A model generated the notes under the pieces. That model did not search any database. It was not told the DNA's origin and saw only the letters and a program-made list of their open reading frames with translations. A stretch of DNA of 64,000 nt from Bigelowiella natans CCMP2755 (taxonomy: Eukaryota > Protista > Cercozoa): positions 1 through 64,000 of the forward strand of contig ADNK01003286.1 of the NCBI GenBank assembly GCA_000320545.1, given 5' to 3'. Made by a program: the position numbers and the translations under genes. Below, in pieces: positions 55,732-64,000 of this stretch (its first letter is position 1; each line of letters begins with the position of its first letter).

Positions 55732-55764
<33 letters not shown>

Positions 55765-55810
55765 TCTACCATCCTCAGACAACAACAATCTACCACCACT
55801 ACTACTACTG

Positions 55811-55844
<34 letters not shown>

Positions 55845-57150
55845 ACGACTCTCTACTAGTACTACTACTAGTAGTAGTACATGGAGTCAAATCGCCGCCC
55901 ATATGCGCACATAAGCTGGCGGATGAGCGAGAATCTTATCGTCCTTAAATCCACATGATCGTAAATCTTCAAGGCCAACAGCGATAAGAGGCGCATTATT
56001 TAGTGTATGGTTACCAGCCTATTTATATAGAAGGAAGAGTTATAATGATGTAACTTATTTGATCAATCAGACAGCGTACGATGGAAATGAAGGAAGTTCC
56101 AATATATATACTACGATATTGCTTGCCTTTCTTTGTGATAGTGTCTGTTTGTTGTTGTTGTTGTTGTTGTTGTTATTGTTGTAGTAGTAGCAGCAGCAGC
56201 AGCAGCATACGCCGATGCAAGGTACTAAACAATATACACAACAACTACAACAAACTAACAACTTTAGAATAACTTTTAACAGCAGCAGCAGCATTTAATA
56301 TTGGTGGTATTGATCATCCTACATAGATCTTATGCTGCTAAGTGTTCTTCTCTACCTCAAGGAGTGCTTCCATGTCCATCCACACTGCGTTTGAAATTTG
56401 GGAAAGAATATGGTGAATCACATTTCCTTTAATTAAACCTGTATGGTAGTCCTTCGTTGGAAGTAGTAGTAGTAGCAGCAGTAGTAGTAGCAGATCATTG
56501 ATAAGAATGAGGATATGGAGATTAAGCATAGTTTTGTGATAGATACGAGGAGGACAAGGACGAGGAGGAAGGGGAGAATAAAGAAAGATAGTACGAAATA
56601 CAAAGATGGACAAGTACCTAAAGCAGCAACAAGCAGTGTTACATAGATGTTATCATTCATAGAGAAGCAGTAGTAGTCTAATACCATGCTAGTAATTCGG
56701 ACAGCAGTTGCGTGTATTTGGAAAGCATCTTCAGATTCAAAGCAGCCTTGCTCATCAAAGAGTGGCAATGAGGCCACGATATGCATCCTCCTCTTCTCCG
56801 TCATTATTTTGAAGGAGCAGTTGTTGTTGTTCTTGCCTCACCCATCGTCACCCCTCCATTGTATTCAACATGTCTGCTTCTATATGCTGGCCCCCTCACT
56901 CCTCGCAATGATACTACATCATCGATTGCTAAATTGCAGCAGAAGAGCTCATTATTATTATTATTATTATTATTATCATCATTATTATTATTTTCGCTAT
57001 GAGCTTGCTGCTGGTGCTCGTCTCTGAATTTGACATCATTGTTTGCCGATGAGCGTATGTTCTCCATTTTACTGTTGTGCTGCTGCTGCTGCTGCTGCTG
57101 TCCTGCTGGTCCGAAACATCTCACCCCAGGTCGACAAAGATACTCTTCCC

Positions 57151-57187
<37 letters not shown>

Positions 57188-57324
57188 CATATTACAGAAT
57201 ACTGATGTTTTCTCTTGATATACAATTTTTCATAGTGGTTGGGTAGTAATGCTTTTATTTCTATTATAATGTAGGTAATATATTATGTAAAGATCCCCGC
57301 ACACATATAATGTTGTACAAATAC

Positions 57325-57368
<44 letters not shown>

Positions 57369-57572
57369 ATGGAAATATTCCTATCTAGTATATGCATATA
57401 TGCTTATATATTCTTTTACGTACCCGACACATCCCCCGCACTCATAATCAACATCACCATTAAGTTCGCAGCAAGGAAATCGACAATGGCTCTGGCATTC
57501 AAGGCTTGCTACTGATGCTTCCACAAAGCAGCAGCCTGAGTAGTAGCAATAATAATGATGAAGAATGTGATA

Positions 57573-57607
<35 letters not shown>

Positions 57608-57818
57608 AGTCTTCGAATTGGTGGCGGAAAATCAGCGTTTTTGGTGTTGTACAGTGTTAAATATCCTATTGATTACTTGTTATGCGAGACGTAGAGCTGC
57701 TCAATGAGATCGTAATAATCCAAGCAACAAGCGCAAATCGGGGAAGGCGGAGATGCCGAAGATGATGATTATGGTGATGACCACGTAGTAGAAGAAGTAG
57801 TAATAGTAATAATCCCAT
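53242..57818 (-). CDS. JmjC (cupin-like, JMJD8-type HxH) oxygenase-domain protein with upstream ankyrin-like segment and probable signal peptide
   Basis: FVREYLYTSQPVLI, QFFLGPMGSGAPLHFH, YGEKRWTLLPP, CIQRAGDLLFVPKLWAHGVENLEDSISIAVE. Exon ~55546-55234 has INSPDSMGYSSFMFA..LVVDFGANP. The 5' exons and start are uncertain. Confidence 0.75.
54736..54819. repeat. 42-bp tandem duplication spanning a minus-strand splice acceptor
   Basis: aggg(t/c)acaaccactact(a/g)ttataacaaccgtgatagagcatc x2. Confidence 0.85.
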
Positions 57819-58684
57819 CGGATTCGACCTAGTACTTCTGATGTGAGCCAATTCGTGATAATACTACTAACTCTGCTGACTTCTACTCTTCTACTGCGAA
57901 CGGATGCCGTTGATTTGGATGCTATGCTATATTTTCTGCGGCTAGATACAGTATGCTACCACTTCCGGCTTTGAAATTCATCTCAAGTTTTCTTCTACTA
58001 CACTGTTCGCATCTTTCACCGTCCGCGGCATGTGCTCCCCAGCATAGCTTCAATCTGTAGACCTACTCACCGATACACAGAGAGCGCTCATTCTCTCAAG
58101 CTAAATGTTGATTGGAATCATCATCGTCCTCATCGTCATCATCATCGTTCTGATCAACTTATAGCTTGCTTATAAATCTTAATGGATCGAATAACTGTGA
58201 CAAAATCTATGGGATATTTACCATTATGTAGGGCTTATTATAGAGACGACAAAGGCGTTGTCTCCAAAGAGAAATTGAAATTCCGGTACTTATTCGAGTA
58301 TTGCAACAAATCGGAAAGCCTGCTTTTGCCTCCTCCCAGAGGAAGAAGAAGAAGAAGAAGAACAAAAGAAAAACAGGGGTTGAACTACTCCAGAGCTCCA
58401 TCCTTATTCAACAACCGAAGAGGAGAGGAGGGGGAAAAGGGTCAAAAAATCGAGTCTTATCCCGTGCGTCGATTAGTTAAAAGAGGAGGTTGCATCACAT
58501 ACGGCGAGTAGCATAAGTAAATCAACTGCGAGTAGTTTGCATAGCGCAGTTTGTATTGTAGCTTGCAGTTTGTCGTCGTGGTTCCACTACGATTGATTGA
58601 GGGGCAATCGAACTGAAAGCTATTTGAAAGACTGTGCTAAATTGAATAACCGGGGGTTGACAGAGATAGTAACTACGGATTGCT

Positions 58685-61180
58685 ATGCACTCGCACAAAA
58701 TGGAATCGAAGACCTTCCCGATGGAGATGAACACTAGCACCAATATTGGAAAGCAGGCCTGGATAGAAAAGGCCATGCAAGATCGTAGATCTGAATGGAC
58801 TGAAAACAAGAAGTTAACCATTTATTGTGGAACGTGGAATGTAAACGCAAAAAAACCGAGCGAAGAATCTATAACTCCGTGGCTGGTCCCCCCGCCAAAT
58901 CATGGCGCCAACAAAGAAGCCAAAGTTGTTCTCCCGGATGTATACTGCTTAGGTCATGCTGTTTTTATTTCACTTCTATTTGTCGACGTAGTTATGTACA
59001 AAATGCTGCTTTGTTAGCACTGAATAGAACTCCGAGTCTCTCTCGTGACAATGAGCTAATTGTATGTTGGCGATGTTGATTAATACATAAATTAACAGGA
59101 TTCCAAGAAGTGGTAGATTTGAATGCACAGAGTCTCCTTGTTGACCACAATGCATCGAAGGAATGGGAAGAGCATATCCAGCAAACCATGCTTACGAAAA
59201 AAGATCCTTTATTTAGGCATTACGTCCTTAAAAAAACAGTACATCTCGTCGGTCTCTTGATGTTAGTGTATGTGAAAAAAGCTCTCAGCTCCTATGTCCG
59301 CACAATCCAAGCAGAGGTTTGCGGAGTGGGAATTCTTGGCTATGGAGGCAATAAGGGTAACGACTGATGATGGTGATGATGAGGATGATGATTGTCCATT
59401 GATTAATGTTCTTCCAGGTGCAGTTGCTGTAAGAATGACCATTTACGACACGTCGATATGCTTTGTAAATTCACATCTCGCTGCGCACAAGAACAATGTT
59501 CAGGGAAGGAACTCCGATTTCCGCAACATTTGTAAACGACTTCGGTTTAAAAGCCCGATGCGAGATGAGGAAGAAGAAGAGCAAATAGGCGATCACAACT
59601 ACACGTCAGTAAATGTAGTAGTAGTGGTAGTAGAAGAAGAAGAAGAAGAAGAAGAAGGAGAAGAAGTAGAGGTGGTAGCATTTAGACAAAATTAGAGCTA
59701 CTCGTATGGAGTATGAGTGAATTGAGACTGAATATACGGGGGAAAGAAACAGAGAGAGCATCTATACAGATATTTAAATCGATGTACCGAAACCTCTGCT
59801 TGCATCTACGCACCAGACATTAAAAAGTGATTTTCTTGCTCATCCACTTTCTTCCTCCTCCTCCTCCTTATCCATAATCCCTAAATGCGCCATAATCATC
59901 GTCATCACCATCATCATCATCATCATCTAATATCTAATACAACATCAGGTTTTGGATTGGAGATTTGAACTACCGATTGACGTCAACCGACTTGACGGAG
60001 GTGTATCGTGAAATCCAAGATAAAAACATAGGGGCGCTCATTCGTAGCGACCAACTCGTGATTGAAAAAGCAGCAGGGCGAGCTTTCCAAGGCTGGCATG
60101 AGGGGCCTATTACATTCCTACCCACTTACAAATATGAAACGGTGCTCATTCCCACCTCAAGAAAAAAAGAACAGCAAGAAGAAAAAGAAAAACATCAGAA
60201 TCTATCTTTCACCATCATCATACATACAACGTGCATGATTGTATCAAACTACATTGGGAGAATAAGTATTAAGTACTTTGTTTTATTTCTCTGATGATGA
60301 TGCTGATGTTTAAGGGGCTCAACTGTCGTTATTGTGGATACTAACAAGTGCCACCAAATTTCTCCTAGTCATATGAACATCACTTCCCCTTTTACTTCCA
60401 CACATGCATTCTTTTCTTTTTCTTAAAAATCATAGTAATATAAATTATCATTACCTCATTGGTGGGGGAGAGGGGGCTTTCTTGCTTCTTGCTTCTTCTT
60501 CTTCTTCTTCTTCTCCATCGCTCTGCTGCAGCAGCAGATTTTCCCCTACCAGCGATTGCTACGAGGAGCATCAAATTGAATCATTAGAATTGATTGTAAT
60601 ATACACACTACACACGGGCTATTATTGTAGGGTACTGATCGTTATGATCGAAGAGAGGACAAGAAGAAGCGGTTTCCAGCATGGTGTGATAGAATCCAGT
60701 GGAAGGTGGATGGCAGCGTGGCAGCAGGGACTGACGTCAAGATGGTAGTGACAGTAGCAAGCGACCTGCATTGTGAAGATGAAAGAAAAGATTATCAAGA
60801 TAAAAATGGCGGTGCTGATGATGAGGAGGAGGGAAATGGGGAAGAATAGCAGTAGTAGTAGTAGTAGTAGTAGAAGAGGAAGTAGTAACTACTGCAACTA
60901 CGTTGTAAAGAAGCCATGTTTGTGATAATGCATCTGAAAGAGAGAGGGGTGGGGGGGGGGCAATAGGTTTCTCTCTACCTCTTATTACAACAAAGAGTAG
61001 GTGTTGCTCACATTGCAGCACACTGGGTGATCTGTTTCTGCTGCTTCTTCTTCTTCTTTGCTTCCTCCTTTACTCTGTTAGGTTTTATATCAGCGTGCAG
61101 AGTTGAAAATGTCAGATCACAAGCCTGTAATGGCCTGGTTTGATATTACTGCACAAAAAGTCATACAGGTGCTGCCTGCA

Positions 61181-61211
<31 letters not shown>

Positions 61212-62593
61212 GCGTCTGCTGCTGCTTTTGTGAATGCCAATATCGTATTACTAAAGTAGTAGTAGCAGTGAGAAGAGAGTGGAGGAGAAAAATACAGCAA
61301 CATGTGCGACAGGCAGCACTCTTCTGCCTAACATATCTATCAACAATGCCCACAACAATAGCAGCTCTAGAAATCAATAATATACACCTTTTTGTCGTTA
61401 CGACTGCACAGAGAATTATTTGAGTAATAATAACAAAGAAGAATCATTTGTTGCGTAATATTTGAGATTCTACTGCTTTTGTATTTTCACCCTTGTGCAT
61501 GCATTCGAATACTCATTAATTTATTCATTTATTGATTCATCATCAGCGCGAGAAAACTCGTGTTCAGAACGACATCACGCGGCAATTTGACGCTTGGGAG
61601 AACAACCAAATTCCCCAAGTCTCTCTAGACAAAACGCGCCTCAACTTCGCGGACATTCGTTTTGAGCGTCCACAAACTCAAATTGTGACTGTGGAAAATA
61701 TTGGAAAGTCTTTGGCGGAGTATTATTTTGCATCTGGGGCAGCAGGAGATGGGTCCCAAGAAGCAATGCCTACTTGGCTGACCGTGGAGCCTAAGACCCA
61801 CTACATCCCTCCAGGCCATACAATTCAGCTAAAAATCACCGTGCATGTCGATACGAAATCTGCGGGTACACTAAACATGCATCAAGACAAGCTCTCGAGC
61901 ATGCTCATTTTCCGCCTAAAATGTGGACGTGAAGGTGATTTGGGAAAGGACTACTACATCGAGATTAATGGTAATTACTTACGTTCAGCATTTGGGTGCT
62001 CATTGTCGTATTTGGCGCGCACACCGATGCCTGTAAGAGCAGTAGGAGGGCTGAGGACAAAGATCAATGCAGAGGCAGTGCTTACTCTCCCAAAAGAGTT
62101 GTGGCGTTTGGTAGATTTTATCTACCGCAAAGGAATAGACGAAGAAGACTTGTTCCTTACAAGTGGGGATGACAACCAAATTGCTGACATACGTGAATGT
62201 TTGGATACTGGCCGTGCTTTCCGCGAATTTAGTGTGCACTCGATGGCTGAGGCTCTAATACAATTTCTTGTTAATCTGTCAGAGCCCATCTTCCCGATGA
62301 GCCTTTTGGACGAACTTAGGAGCGATTCTAACATAAACGATTTCTGCATGCAAGCACTTCTAAGATTGACGCCCATTCACTATAACACTTTAATATACAT
62401 ACTATCATTCCTTCGTCAAGTCCTCAAGCATACAAAAGCCAACAAGCTCACTTCAACTAAGATAGTTCCTCTCTTCGCAAAGTGCATCTTCCACTACAAT
62501 CCTTTAGCGGCCGAGAAGCTACAAAACATGCGCCAACGGCCTTACATGGTGCTTAATCATTATCTTACGAGCCAGAGTTTTGTCACGTCGTGA
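58685..62593 (+). CDS. OCRL: OCRL/INPP5B-type inositol polyphosphate 5-phosphatase (5-phosphatase, ASH, RhoGAP-like domains)
   Basis: GTWNVN, PDVYCLG|FQEVV, GNKG|AVAVR, FVNSHLAAH, FWIGDLNYR, PTYKY, FPAWCDRI, SDHKPV, ENNQIPQVSL (ASH), LPKELWRLVDFI (RhoGAP-like, no catalytic Arg: LFLTSG). In-frame stops lie just upstream of ATG 58685. Confidence 0.92.
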
Positions 62594-62719
62594 CAAGAGG
62601 AGGTGTTTATTTGTCGCATCAACAACTGTATCAGTAGTAGGTAGTAGCTGATTATTGAGGACTTTAACAATCATTGTCACAAACTACGTACTGATGATCT
62701 TTACATCAATTAAAATTTG

Positions 62720-63540
62720 CGAGGCAACGTACATGCCGATGATTCACATGGCTAGATGGAATTGTTTGCGTAGCTGATTTATTTGTTATCACTTACTCTG
62801 CTGCAATAATCCATCGGTTGCAACAGCTGTCTAGCTGTGATGCATTAAGTGTAAACAAGTCTTGACCAAAAGCAGACGTAGAAATTGCATACTCTAGTAC
62901 TAGCTCCGCACATACGATCTTGTACAGCATTTCCAGCATCGCGTGGCTAAGCATGCTAGCATGCTAATAGTTATTGGTGTTGTAGGTAGAATTCATGCAT
63001 TGCATTGCTCGAGCTGCATCAGCGTAGCATGTGCGCGTATCTAGCGCATGTTTAGGGAGCGAGTAGGTTATTAGGCGGTGCGGCTCATCTAGCTCATGCT
63101 GCACGCTAGCTAGCTAGCACGTATCTCAACATGTGTAGCGTGAATAGCCTTAAAACAATTGCACTGACAAGCAGCGATATCTAGAACTCTACACATAGCT
63201 GTCAGGCTACACGAGCATAATGGCAAGCTCTAGAGCTGCATAGCTACATCAGAATGGCCATTGAATTTTTAAAATTTATTCATTACATCATCATCCGTCT
63301 CATAATAGCAAGCTGTACAACGCAGTAGTAGCTCGACCCGATGTCTATTTCGTGATTATGTGGATTACAAATCCAGCATGCAGTCGTTCTGTTACTACGC
63401 TAGCCACACACACACATATACACTCACACACACACACCACGATGTGTACTCAATAGACAACTTGTCACACTTGCTTTTACATGCAAGAGAAAAACGTGTC
63501 AGCATAAGCAAGCTACGCAACCACAGAGCGGTAGCGCAGT
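62720..63540. other. Partially TpA-converted island 8
   Basis: gcatgctagcatgcta, gctagctagctagc; downstream of the OCRL stop. Confidence 0.65.
63230..63305 (+). mobile_element. Short fragment of the same LINE-derived repeat, copy C (least converted)
   Basis: catagctacatcagaatggccattgaa..ttcattacatcatcatccgtctcata aligns to 8966-9030 and 28251-28310. Confidence 0.65.
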
Positions 63541-63569
63541 AAAAACCTACGTATCATTGCAAAATCAAT

Positions 63570-64000
63570 CATTAGCTTCATCATCATTGTATATCTTCAT
63601 CCTTAAATTTATTCGAATGAGGTTTAGATATGTCGCTAAAGTAGTGTTTCAATAAATGTATTGACAAGCATCCAAGATATGTTTCAGTGGTGAAAAGAGC
63701 ACATTAACAATTTGACAAAACCGACTTCTGTGCAAGGGTAGGCAGGTTGACAGCAAGAAAGGGTTCTCCAGGAGGGTATTCTATCATTTTCTTTGTCACC
63801 ATCTTTGTGATAAGATATCCTCTTCATCTGTCTTAGAAGAAGTTCCTTTGATGATGAAAACAATGATGGTGAAAGAAATTAATAATACTGTTAACGCCCT
63901 TCATCACTTCAGAACCAGATCTTAACAATATACAACTGAACTTCGTGATTATGGAGGAGGAGGAAGAGGAGGGAGAGGAGGAAGAGGAGGAGGAAATATA
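63570..64000 (-). CDS. Possible 3' end of a minus-strand gene running off the window
   Basis: Open coding-like frame ELLLRQMKRISYHKDGDKENDRIPSWRTLSCCQPAYPCTE at ~63845-63725; not recognised. Confidence 0.25.

Noticed and set aside
58182-58511. ORF upstream of OCRL as its first exon or PH domain
   Set aside because: No recognisable similarity and no convincing in-phase join; in-frame stops precede ATG 58685.

Overview
Intron-rich, microsatellite-rich eukaryotic nuclear DNA. It is probably a secondary-plastid protist; bipartite-looking presequences suggest a chlorarachniophyte-like alga, which is inference. I spliced gene models by eye with GT-AG introns: a USP2/8/21-type deubiquitinase, ARL3, a cyclase/kynurenine-formamidase-family hydrolase, a TSR2-domain protein with a long hydrophobic presequence, a 39-aa membrane microprotein, gamma-COP, a GT10 fucosyltransferase-like protein, guanylate kinase, an LRRC40-like protein, a HAD-like plastid-type protein, a JmjC protein, OCRL/INPP5B and several hypothetical genes. 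Genes alternate almost strictly head-to-head and tail-to-tail. The most striking signal is eight intergenic islands, seven of them at convergent gene 3' ends, in which TpA is depleted (almost absent in the strongest islands, except inside CTAG) while TpG, CpA and CpG are abundant. Three copies of one decayed non-LTR retrotransposon polarise the change as TA->TG/CA. This points to a targeted, context-specific A:T->G:C hypermutation process, the opposite direction to fungal RIP and CpG decay. All counts and alignments were done manually, and boundaries other than the stated splice sites are approximate.
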